Under the pieces are notes generated by a model, which saw only the letters and a program-made list of their open reading frames with translations, searched no databases and was not told the origin of the DNA. From an uncultured Nitrospiraceae bacterium (GTDB taxonomy: Bacteria > Nitrospirota > Thermodesulfovibrionia > Thermodesulfovibrionales > UBA6898): 64,000 nucleotides of DNA. The stretch spans positions 6,723-70,722 of the forward strand of contig CAYWRK010000012.1 in assembly GCA_964461065.1 (NCBI GenBank), written 5' to 3'. The translations under genes and the position numbers were made by a program. Every line of letters begins with the position of its first letter. Position 1 is the first letter of the stretch. Shown one piece after another: positions 30,012 to 39,800 of the stretch.

Positions 30012-30818
30012 ATGAAAAAGATTCTGATTATTGGTTTTTTTATCGCATTGCTTGTGCCGGCGAGGGCCTTTGCTTTTGGCGGGTGTGAGGAGGACTGCAT
30101 GAAGTGTCATTCTATGAACACTCAGGATGTCCAGCAAATACTCACGAAGTTAGGCGCAGCCGAGGCAAAACCCCTGGACATCAAGCTCAGCCCGGTGAAA
30201 GGGCTCTGGGAAGTCATTATAGAGGACAAGGGCACCAGAGGCGTCATGTATATCGGTTTTTCGAAACGGCATGTTGTTGCCGGCCCTATTTTTGAGGTTG
30301 ATACCGGGACGAACAAGACGCAGGAGACCTTTGAGAAGGTTAACAGGGGGTTGGTCAGATATGTTGATTATGCGAAGATCCCGCTCGATAAGTCCCTGAT
30401 CATCGGCGAGAAGAATGCCAAATACAGGGTGGCGGTCTTTACTGATCCGGACTGTCCGTACTGTGCAAAGGTCCATGACGAGATAAAAAAAGTTGTTGCT
30501 GAGAGAAAAGATATTGCTTTTTATCTCAAGCTGATACCTCTGCCAATGCATCCCGATGCCTTCTGGAAATCCCAGAGCATTCTCTGCAAGAATTCGGTCC
30601 AGTTGCTTGAGGATAATTTCGCAAAAAAAGAGATGCCCAAGCCTGACTGTGACAACAAGCAGGAGGTTGAGGCGAATATGATGCTTGCCACTGAACTCGG
30701 CATCACCGGAACACCAACCATGGTTTTACCTGACGGCATGGTCGTGATCGGCGGCAAGGATGCAAAGGCGATCATAGACCTTGTGACCAATCCTCCTGTG
30801 AAGAAGGAGAGCAAATAA
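30012..30818 (+). CDS. DsbC/DsbG-like thiol:disulfide interchange protein (Cys form, CPYC)
   Basis: Signal peptide (FFIALLVPARAFA), an N-terminal dimerisation-like domain and a thioredoxin fold with CPYC. It is a paralogue of the preceding gene. It also carries an extra N-terminal CEEDCMKCH. Confidence 0.85.
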   Translation: MKKILIIGFFIALLVPARAFAFGGCEEDCMKCHSMNTQDVQQILTKLGAAEAKPLDIKLSPVKGLWEVIIEDKGTRGVMYIGFSKRHVVAGPIFEVDTGTNKTQETFEKVNRGLVRYVDYAKIPLDKSLIIGEKNAKYRVAVFTDPDCPYCAKVHDEIKKVVAERKDIAFYLKLIPLPMHPDAFWKSQSILCKNSVQLLEDNFAKKEMPKPDCDNKQEVEANMMLATELGITGTPTMVLPDGMVVIGGKDAKAIIDLVTNPPVKKESK

Positions 30819-30883
30819 TTTAATCTGGTCGCATTGCAGGATGGGGCTAACAGTGATAGAAAGCTTGGCAGGGAGGCGCAAGA

Positions 30884-31207
30884 ATGGGCCATACAATAGA
30901 AGTTGATGATCAAATATATGAAGCACTGATCTCTTCAGTCGGGAAAGAACACCTGGAAAAGAGATTAGGGGAATTATTACTTGCGTCAATTGCGGGCATG
31001 CTTGAGGATTACACAAGGAAAATACTCAGTTTTGAAGAGAAGTATGGCATTGCATTCCCCGAGTTTGATGATCTATGGGACAGGGGGGCATATACAGACA
31101 AGCATGCCTACGAAATGGAATCCGATTACATTGACTGGGAAATGATAGAGATGGAAAAGAAAGAGCTTCTTGCAACCCTTGTTAATTTAAGAAGAATAAG
31201 AGATTAG
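30884..31207 (+). CDS. Hypothetical small acidic protein (possible antitoxin-like partner)
   Basis: 107 aa, 2 nt before the next ORF. No diagnostic motif was seen. Confidence 0.5.
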   Translation: MGHTIEVDDQIYEALISSVGKEHLEKRLGELLLASIAGMLEDYTRKILSFEEKYGIAFPEFDDLWDRGAYTDKHAYEMESDYIDWEMIEMEKKELLATLVNLRRIRD

Positions 31208-31209
31208 TC

Positions 31210-31566
31210 TTGCGGGAGGTGGAGGCTTTTCTTGCTGAGCTGAACGCAGTTATGAATAAACATTTCCCCGGCTCTGATATTACGTATCAGTTGAAGACCT
31301 CGCAATCATTGAAGATCAGTATCCCGCTGAAGGTTGATCTCTTTATCTCTGTCAGATATAACGCAAGAAATGGAAGAAAAGATTATGCCTTGATCTCTGG
31401 CGGGCAAAGAGTTTTTGGGTGTGACAATCTGAAAACATGGCATGTCCATCCTTTTGGTTCCTCCGAAATGCATCTGTCTTGTGTTGAGCCTTTACTCGAG
31501 CAGATTTTTATTGAAATAAAGGATATCTGTGCGAGAATTGAAAAAAGAGAAGGAATACAACCATGA
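31210..31566 (+). CDS. Hypothetical protein, weakly reminiscent of DUF6516/TumE-like toxin family
   Basis: 118 aa with a TTG start. The FGCDNLKTWHVHPFG segment resembles the RYDN..H.H core recalled for that family. The assignment is tentative. Confidence 0.45.
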   Translation: MREVEAFLAELNAVMNKHFPGSDITYQLKTSQSLKISIPLKVDLFISVRYNARNGRKDYALISGGQRVFGCDNLKTWHVHPFGSSEMHLSCVEPLLEQIFIEIKDICARIEKREGIQP

Positions 31567-32213
31567 AAAAGGAATATCTCATAGGCGGATTGTTAGGCGC
31601 AGTCCTCTGCGGACTGATCGCATATGCAGTCATGGCCTTCATAGGAATGCAAGACAATGAGACCGGCCGGCAGTTAGCGCAACAGTTGCCGGCCCAGCCC
31701 GTGCCCTTGGAGGTTACTGCTCCTGAGGCCCAGCTGCAGGCGAAAGACCCGCTGTCTGGTCAGGGTAGAGCTGAGAACAGTATACCGGCTTCAGGCCTGT
31801 CAGACAGCCGCAAGACAGATGAACGGAAAGCTGCTGCTGAGACTCAGCTGACTGCAGGCACTGCTCCGGAAACCGATAAAAAAGACGAGGGTGGCAAGAC
31901 TGCTGCCGGCACACCTGCACAACCGGAGGACGGAAAACTCCTCAAGGGTCTAACGCCTGATCAGATAAAACGGCTTGATGAGATCAATGAACGAAAGGCA
32001 GTAATGAAGCCTGAGCGGGAAAGACTGATCAAGGAACGTGAGCAGCTGCATGAGGATGTAAAAAATGCCGGAGTTGTCCGTTTCCAGGAGCAGATCGATG
32101 CGATTGCAAAGCGCATAACTGACCTTGAAGCAAGAATTAATGGTTTTAATGAAGAGGTGAAAAAGCTGAACGAGGAAGAAAAGGCGATGATAGATTCGTC
32201 TGCAGCAAAGTAA
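31563..32213 (+). CDS. Membrane-anchored Pro/Ala-rich coiled-coil protein
   Basis: N-terminal TM helix, a low-complexity PA-rich linker and a C-terminal heptad-like region. The 3' 154 nt are duplicated at 32984-33134. Confidence 0.65.
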   Translation: MKKEYLIGGLLGAVLCGLIAYAVMAFIGMQDNETGRQLAQQLPAQPVPLEVTAPEAQLQAKDPLSGQGRAENSIPASGLSDSRKTDERKAAAETQLTAGTAPETDKKDEGGKTAAGTPAQPEDGKLLKGLTPDQIKRLDEINERKAVMKPERERLIKEREQLHEDVKNAGVVRFQEQIDAIAKRITDLEARINGFNEEVKKLNEEEKAMIDSSAAK

Positions 32214-32231
32214 ATGGATAACGAGAAGTCT

Positions 32232-32666
32232 TCATCTGACTAAAGGATTTTTCGCTCTGACTTCAGGGAATCTGCTGAAATCCCTGTCAGCGGTCCATAG
32301 CTCAGTTACGCCATGCAGCACGCATAATGCCGCCACCCTTGCATCGTGAACCATAGGGCCAGATATCCGGCTATTCATCAGCATAGGTTTTAGCACCGTC
32401 CAGTAGTCTTCTGACTCTGCAAGCAGAACAAGACTTGGGGATTCCAGCCATGCTTCAACTTGCTCTATTGCCTTGTCAATCGGCGTTGGAGGAGAATAGA
32501 TTTTCGGGTGAGTTGCAATTGCAATGAATTCGTGAATACATGGCCATGGGATTGCCCACATCCCCTGTCCTTCAGCCAATCCTGCTATGCAACAATATGC
32601 GGCATCATGCCATTCAGCGTCTTCGCGGTGTGCATACACCAGAAGATTCGTATCTACTGCAATCAA
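32232..32666 (-). CDS. vapC: PIN-domain ribonuclease toxin VapC
   Basis: MIAVDTNLLVYA N-terminal acidic motif and further conserved acidic residues. 4-nt overlap with the upstream antitoxin gene. Confidence 0.85.
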   Translation of the reverse strand: MIAVDTNLLVYAHREDAEWHDAAYCCIAGLAEGQGMWAIPWPCIHEFIAIATHPKIYSPPTPIDKAIEQVEAWLESPSLVLLAESEDYWTVLKPMLMNSRISGPMVHDARVAALCVLHGVTELWTADRDFSRFPEVRAKNPLVR

Positions 32667-32920
32667 CTGCCGCGTCCTTCATAGCTGATATCACGGATAC
32701 GCTCCCAGTTTGCCCCTTCCATATTGGACTGAAGACCATTTCCCTTGAATATGGCGCTACGGAGCTTGAAACTGCCGCGTTGCCTGTGTTCAGCAATAAT
32801 TTTGCGAAGTCCTTCCTCCATGAGTGCCTTCAGAGTTGTCTGCTCCTCATTTGCAAGTTTGCGTGCCTCGTTAAAAAGGCTATCAGGTATCTGTATGGTT
32901 GTCTTCATATGGCTAACCAT
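32663..32920 (-). CDS. vapB: VapB-type antitoxin
   Basis: 85 aa with N-terminal MKTTIQIPDSLFNEARKLA. Translationally coupled to vapC. Confidence 0.8.
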   Translation of the reverse strand: MVSHMKTTIQIPDSLFNEARKLANEEQTTLKALMEEGLRKIIAEHRQRGSFKLRSAIFKGNGLQSNMEGANWERIRDISYEGRGS

Positions 32921-32983
32921 ATCACTTTATATGGCTGCCTGTCAATATTTTATTGCAAAGCTTATCATGTTTCGCCTGGATGG

Positions 32984-33134
32984 AAAAAATGCCGGAGTTG
33001 TCCGTTTCCAGGAGCAGATCGATGCGATTGCAAAGCGCATATCTGACCTTGAAGGAAGAATAAACGGCTTTAATGAAGAAGTGAAGAGACTGAATGAAGA
33101 GGAAAAGAAACTTATATCTTCGGCTACGCCCTAA
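32984..33134 (+). pseudogene. Orphan duplicate of the 3' end of gene 31563-32213
   Basis: It encodes KNAGVVRFQEQIDAIAKRISDLEGRINGFNEEVKRLNEEEKKLISSATP plus a stop. The first 58 nt are identical to 32060-32117 and the rest is diverged. Confidence 0.8.
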
Positions 33135-33394
33135 TCTGGCCTTCATGCAGGACTGCTTCAATGTTTCCAAATCATCAGGAAGACAGGAATTCCGAGAGAT
33201 TCTGACAATGTGCCAGATCTGCTATCATCTTTCAGAGATGAGCCCCTTCAATAAACAAGCTCGTTTCCCGGGCAGTCATGTAGTGCATTACATACCTATG
33301 TAATGAGTTACCCAATTCAGGCACATGCAATTCCAGAAATAGTGATAAGCATATGATTTTAAACGACAATAATATTTTCTGAGAGTATGTGTTC

Positions 33395-33410
33395 TGGCTT
33401 CTTTCTTGCA
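33395..33410 (+). promoter_or_regulatory. Sigma54 (RpoN) -24/-12 promoter candidate
   Basis: TGGCTT-CTTTC-TTGCA matches TGGCAC-N5-TTGCW with correct GG/GC spacing. It lies 83 nt upstream of the ATG at 33493, the first gene of the pilus operon. Confidence 0.5.
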
Positions 33411-33492
33411 CATATGCCTGCATGGCAGAGTTAATGGCTATCAAGTTCTATCGCCCCGGTCTTTCTATGGGGCATCTGTTCAGGAGGGTTAT

Positions 33493-33897
33493 ATGAAAAA
33501 AACGGTGTTTTCACATTATCTTTCACTTCAGGGGATATTCAGCAAAAGGGCTGTTCTGTTTCTATTTTTCGTCTTTCTGACCGCAGGAGCGGCTTTAGCC
33601 TATGACCGCGGCCATACCTATATGAACAACGTTGTTATTGAGGAAATAGGCGAGACCGAAACTGTTCTTGTCGGACAGGGTGAAAATTCAAGGCCAGAAA
33701 CAGTCAAAACACTGAGGATTGACGGTCAGACCTATTTTGTTGATCCAAAATGCGAGGTTGTAATACATCACAAGAGCGGTGATTCGATAATCATGAAGAA
33801 TGGCAGGTTTTATGACGTGCGGAGAGGGAATACAGTGCATATCAAGAGGACTGGTATGGTAATCCAGGAAATTTCGATAGAGGAGTGGAAAAGATGA
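33493..33897 (+). CDS. Small secreted or membrane-anchored hypothetical protein, first gene of the pilus tip operon
   Basis: AGGAGGG lies 4 nt upstream of the ATG. There is a hydrophobic N-terminal segment. Its stop overlaps the pilY1-like ATG (ATGA). Confidence 0.65.
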   Translation: MKKTVFSHYLSLQGIFSKRAVLFLFFVFLTAGAALAYDRGHTYMNNVVIEEIGETETVLVGQGENSRPETVKTLRIDGQTYFVDPKCEVVIHHKSGDSIIMKNGRFYDVRRGNTVHIKRTGMVIQEISIEEWKR

Positions 33898-36800
33898 GAA
33901 GCATAAACTTACATAAAGATACTTTCCTCGTCATATTTTTGGTTCTTCTGCTTTCTTTTTCTGCGTTTCGGCCGGCTGAAGCTGCTACCATGAGCGACTA
34001 TTGTGTGTCTCCGCCTTTTGTGACTCAGGCGGTCCCGCCCCTTGTGCTGCTTACCATGGGCAGAGATCATAAGTTCTGGTATACAGCATATAACGATGCA
34101 TATGATCTGGATGGGGACGGACTGATAGATGTGGGGTATAAACATTCCATAGACTATTATGGTTACTTTGATTCAAACCGCTGTTATACGTATCAAAGTG
34201 CAGGCAGCCCCAAGGGATTTATCCCGGTGACCGCCTCGGTAGCTACGAATAAATTCTGCGCAGCAGGCCAGTGGTCCGGCAATATTCTGAACTATCTCAC
34301 CATGTCAAAGATGGATGCAGTCAGAAAGATCTTCTACGGTGGCAACAGGGTCTCTGCATCATCCACTGTTCTTGAAAGGGCCTATATCCCTCAGGATGCA
34401 CACAGCTGGGGCAAAGAATTCACCGGCAGGCTCTGCATGGGCACAGGACTTTCATGTATAAATGGCTCCGGGGTCGCGACCAATTCAGGCTGTTCAGCTG
34501 ACTCTGATTGTCCGACCGGCTCAACCTGCGGCAGCACAACCCTGTACACGAACCAGTGTGAAAGCGACATCAACTGTGACACAGCCAATGGATTCAGCTG
34601 TGTTGATCAGTCTATTAATCTAATCGGCATTGCGGCCGCAACACCTGGCTCAGATTGCTTTCCCAATGCTGTTTCTAAGGTCTGCTCTGTTGCCGGGACA
34701 GCATGCACAGGAGATACGGATTGCCCTGGGGAGCAGTGCGTCTATACCAGAACAGGTCAGATCCTGCTTCTTACGTATCCTCATGCATCATCCAAGACAT
34801 CAGCAGCCAATGCGAACAATCATGCGAACCTTGTTGCCTCTTATGAGCCGAATCTTATGGTAGCGTCTCCTCAGTATGTGAGCACCATGTCCGTTACTAC
34901 GGCAGCATTAGATCCGCGCGTGGACCATGGGGCTGACTATAACTATTATCTGATTACTCAGTTCGAGGTTACTCCTGGCAATGCAGGCACCTGGACCTTT
35001 GGCCTTGACGCAAACGAGGCTGCAGAGGTCGAGATAGACGGCACGGTCGTAGTTACCAGGTTTGGGGCAAATGTCAGCTGTGCCGCCGCCTGCACTCCGC
35101 CGCCTGCAACAGGGACAATAGTTCTTACGCCTGGCTGGCATACCTTTATAGTTCGTCATTTTGAGCAGAACAACTCCGGCTCTGCAGCAGCAAGGCAGGA
35201 TGGTGTGAGAGTCTGGTTTGACCTGCCCGCAGCTCCGGTCACCTGGACCTATTTTAATTCTACGGCTCTTAATCTGCGGGCGCCGGATATAGATCCCCTG
35301 GCATCGGGCAATTACTGCAGCGTAAAGACTAATAACTTTATTGCAACGGGAATCCCTGAAACATCGCCTTACACTGTTGCGTCTCCCAAGCGCCATCTCT
35401 TCTGCAATACTTCACTCGGTGACGGTCCGAACTTTCCTCCCCTCCTGCGGCTGGTAACTGACCGAGCAGAGCGGATATGGCTCTGGTCTGCAAAGGAAAG
35501 GCCTGTCTGCAACAGTTCCGGTACAGCGGGATATCCATTTACTGCCCCCGCAGCTACGCCTACAGACTATGAGGTCAGGGTGCAGACCTGCACAGCAGCA
35601 GAGGCAGCAGCAAAGACCGAGTATTTCAAGAACTACTGCAAAGACTATCCTACAAATTCGAATGCCGGCTGGATGCCTGTCGGACTTCTTCAGAAGTATT
35701 CCGAGGGTGATGGCACCAGCGTCTGTTCAAAGCAGTTCACCAAGGCCTGCAATAATAACGCTGACTGCACCCTTGCCACAGAGGGTGAGTGTGTTGCAAA
35801 GTCCAAGATGCTGTTCGGTCTGATGACCGGCTCCTATACCAATAACCTGCAGGGCGGTGTGTTAAGGAAGAACATCGGATCCATTCTCGATGAAGTGAAC
35901 TCCCTTACCGGGTCTATACAAAAATCAGAGAATGCCCGCGGCAATGTTGCAATGTCGATTGATAATATGAGGACAGTCGGCTTTTCGTATTCTTCTTATG
36001 CGTATGACACATCTGCCAATGGCGGCACCTGCGGATGGTTAGCAAACGGTCCGATAACCAACGGCCAGTGCCGCAACTGGGGCAATCCGATTGGTGAGAT
36101 GATGTACGAGGCTAATCGCTATTTCGCCGGCAAGCAGTTGGTGACCACAGAATTTATGTACACGACGAACGATGACGCCGGGCTGACACTCTCAAAACAG
36201 GGCTGTACTTCATCCGGATGCCCTAAGCCCTGGATACAGCCTTACAGCCTGTATCCGTCATGTGCCCGCCCCTTTATCCTGACCTTTAGTGATATCAGCC
36301 CGAGTTTTGACTCGGACACGATCCCGGGCACCAGTTTTGGTGCTGGTATCAGCACAGATCTTCCCGGGCTGAATGTATCGACACTCGCGGACCAGATCGG
36401 CACTGCAGAGGGTCTTGCCAGCACCAGCAAATTTATTGGGCAGAACGGAACTGCTGCAACAGATACTGACTTTCTCTGCACTTCAAAGACAATCGGTAAT
36501 CTCGGTTCTGTGCGGGGAATATGCCCGGAAGAACCGAACAAGCAGGGCACGTTCTATTCAGCGGCAATGGCATATTATGGTAAAGATAAATTGAAATACT
36601 GCACGAATAGCCCGAATACAACCTGTCTGGCTGACACTGACTGCCTATTACCTGCTCCGGCTGGTACCTGTACCAGCAGAAATATCAACACATACAGCAT
36701 TGCCCTGTCCTCACCGGTGCCGGATATTACGCTGAAGATTGGCGGCAAGTCAGTCACATTCATACCGACCGGGAAGAGTGTAGGCGGCTGTTTTAATCTG

Positions 36801-39800
36801 GATAACACTGCTGCACAGACGCCGAAGGGGTGTGCATGCACCTTCACCACTGATGCAAACGGACTCCATATGTCCAACTGCCAGGGCTTCTGTCCAACCG
36901 CACAGATTGTTGCCTTTTTTATCGACAAGATTAATTACGACTCGAGTGGCAACCTTACCTATGCAAAGTTCAGGGTTAATTTTGAGGACGTGGAGCAGGG
37001 CGCTGACCATGATATGGATGCGATTGTTACCTATGAAATTGCCCCGCACCCACTTGACCCTACGAACAGGCTGCGGGTCAATATAACATCTGACTATTCT
37101 TCAACCTGCGTTGCAATGGCATTTGGGTTTATTGTAAAGGGAACGACTGAAGATAACGCGTATCTTCCGGTCAAGCTGCTCGGCTCTACAAATGCCAAGG
37201 TCAATGCCCTGCCGCTAAACTGGACCAAGACGTTTACCGTGCTTGGAACATCAACACAGACGCTAAAAGACCCTCTCTGGTACGCAGCCAAATGGGGTGG
37301 GTTTGAGGATTCCAATGGCAGCCATACGCCTGATCTTGCATCAGAGTGGGACAAGGATGGAGACGGCAATCCGGATAATTACTTCCTTGTCGTCAATCCG
37401 CTCAAAATGGAGAAGCAGATCGAAGAATCTTTCCTGAGCATACTGAGAAGGGCCTCCTCAGGTACTGCTGCGTCGGTGCTTGCATCAGGCGAAGGCAGCG
37501 GCGCAAACCTTGTGCAGGCGATCTTCTATCCCAAGCGGTTGTTCGACAGGGAGATAGATTGGACTGGCACGCTTAAGAATCTCTGGTATTATCTTGATCC
37601 GCGGCTTGGCAACAGCACAATCCGTGAAGATACGGATCTTGATGCGGAGTTGGAACTGGACCGCGACTACATTATCAACATGTTCTTTGACACGGACGAG
37701 CAGCGGACCAAGGCGAGCCGCTGGGCAAGCGATGCTGCCGGCGTACCGGGTGCAGCGCAGCCAACCGTATATCTGGAGGAACTCAAGTATCTTTGGGAGT
37801 CAGGCAGCCAGCTCCATGCCCGTGCGACTGCCAGGGATATCCGTACAAATTTCCCTGACAACACACTCGCCAGTTTTACTACCGGCCTTGCTGGAGATGC
37901 GACATTCAGGACACTTATTCAGGCAGCTGATGCGACTGCCGCTACCAATATTATTAATTATGTGAGGGGCGACAGTGACGGCACCGGCAACAGAAACAGG
38001 ACTGTTACCGACAGCGCTACCGGCACCACAGGGATCTGGAAGCTGGGCGATATCGTGAACTCAACCCCGAAGATCGTCTCCTGGATACCGATGAACAAAT
38101 ACGACGAGACCTATGCTGATAAAACCTATACTGAGTTTCTGAAATCGAGCACCTATCAGAACAGGGGCACTGTATTTACCGGTGCAAATGACGGCATGCT
38201 TCATGCCTTCAAGCTCGGCACCCTCGGCATAGTCAAGGACGGCACCTCCAAGAAGGCTACCCTGACAGGAACAGATCTTGGCAGCGAACAGTGGGCATTC
38301 ATACCGAAAAACGCACTGCCCTATCTGAAATACCTGATGGACCCTGCGTACTGCCATCTCTATTATATTGATCTGACACCGTCTATCTTTGATGCAAGCA
38401 TTGAGGCGCCCGGTGTGCATGCAGGCGATTATTGGACACAGAGCAAGGCATCAAGCTCCTGGAGGACAGTCCTGATCGGCGGCATGAAGCTCGGAGGCGC
38501 ATGCAAGAATGCAAACTACACAGCAGCATTCGCAGCAGATCCATTTGTGAAGACCCCAATAACCACTGCAGGATATACAGAGGTCGGCTATTCTTCGTAC
38601 TTTGCAATGGATATCACTGATCCTGCGTCGCCGCAGCTCATGTGGGAGTTCGCAAACCCGAGCCTTGGGTTTGCCACGACCGGGCCTTCTATCATGCGGA
38701 TCAATGCACGGGAGGTTACTGGTTCCACCAGCGTACCCAATAAGAATCTCAATGGTAAATGGTTTGTTGTCCTGGCATCAGGCCCCACAGGCTCTATAGG
38801 TACAGACAGAATGTTTAAGGGGTACTCTGACCAGCCTCTCAGCCTTTTCATCCTTGATGCCAAGACCGGTGCTCTTTTAAGGACCATAAACACGGGCGCC
38901 GCAGCAGTCGCCGGTGACAGAATCAACTATGCCTTTGGCGGGTCTCTGAACAATGCAAATATTGACTATGATTTTGATTATCAGGACGATGCGCTCTATC
39001 TCGGGTACACCAAGTCAGAGCACGCTATCCCGGATGCAACAACGCGCTGGACGAATGGGGGCGTAATCAGACTGGTAACGCGGGAGGACCTGAACGGAAC
39101 CAATCTTACAACCACAGGCAATACTGCCCTGAACCCTGACAACTGGGCCTGGAGCCATGTGATCAAGGATACCGGACCAGTAACGGCCTCAGTAGGCCAC
39201 CTGGCACATTACCGGCCTGGCTCGACAAAGCCGGATATTGGATGGCTGTACCTCGGCACAGGCCGGTTCTTTTATCGGGGTGATGATGATAATGCAAGAA
39301 ATATCGCCGGAGTCAAGGATCTCTGCCTAAGAGATGCGAGCGCCGCTATTCTGCCGATAGGTCTGACCGTTGATTCTGCTTCCCAGTTCTATGCAGAGTG
39401 CACAGATGGCACGACCACGCCTCCTGCAAATGCCCAGGTCGCACCAGGTGACCTTGTGGATAAGACCTGCAGCGGATTGACTGGGGCTACGTTAGCCGCC
39501 TGTTTTGCCCAGCCATGCGTATCAGGTACGCCGATGGTCGGCAGCAACCTCATTCAGTGCCTGAGCAACCGTACTTATAAAGGCTGGCACATCAGGCTTG
39601 ACAGTCCGCCGGCCGAGAGGATGATAACAGATCCTCTGGCAACCCCTACGGGAGCGGTTTTCTTCACCACCTTTGCACCGAGCCCTGATGCCTGCAAGTT
39701 CGGGGGTTCAAGTTATCTCTGGGCAGTGAACTACGAGACAGGAGGCAGTGTCGGGGACGTTCTGCAGGGGAAGGCTCTGCTGCAGGTTTCGACCGGTGCA

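Noticed and set aside
32540-33134. Plus-strand ORFs 32540-33046 and 32745-33134 across the vapBC region
   Set aside because: They are antisense to vapC and vapB. Only the last about 150 nt are meaningful, as the duplicated 3' end of gene 31563-32213, and that part is reported separately as a fragment.
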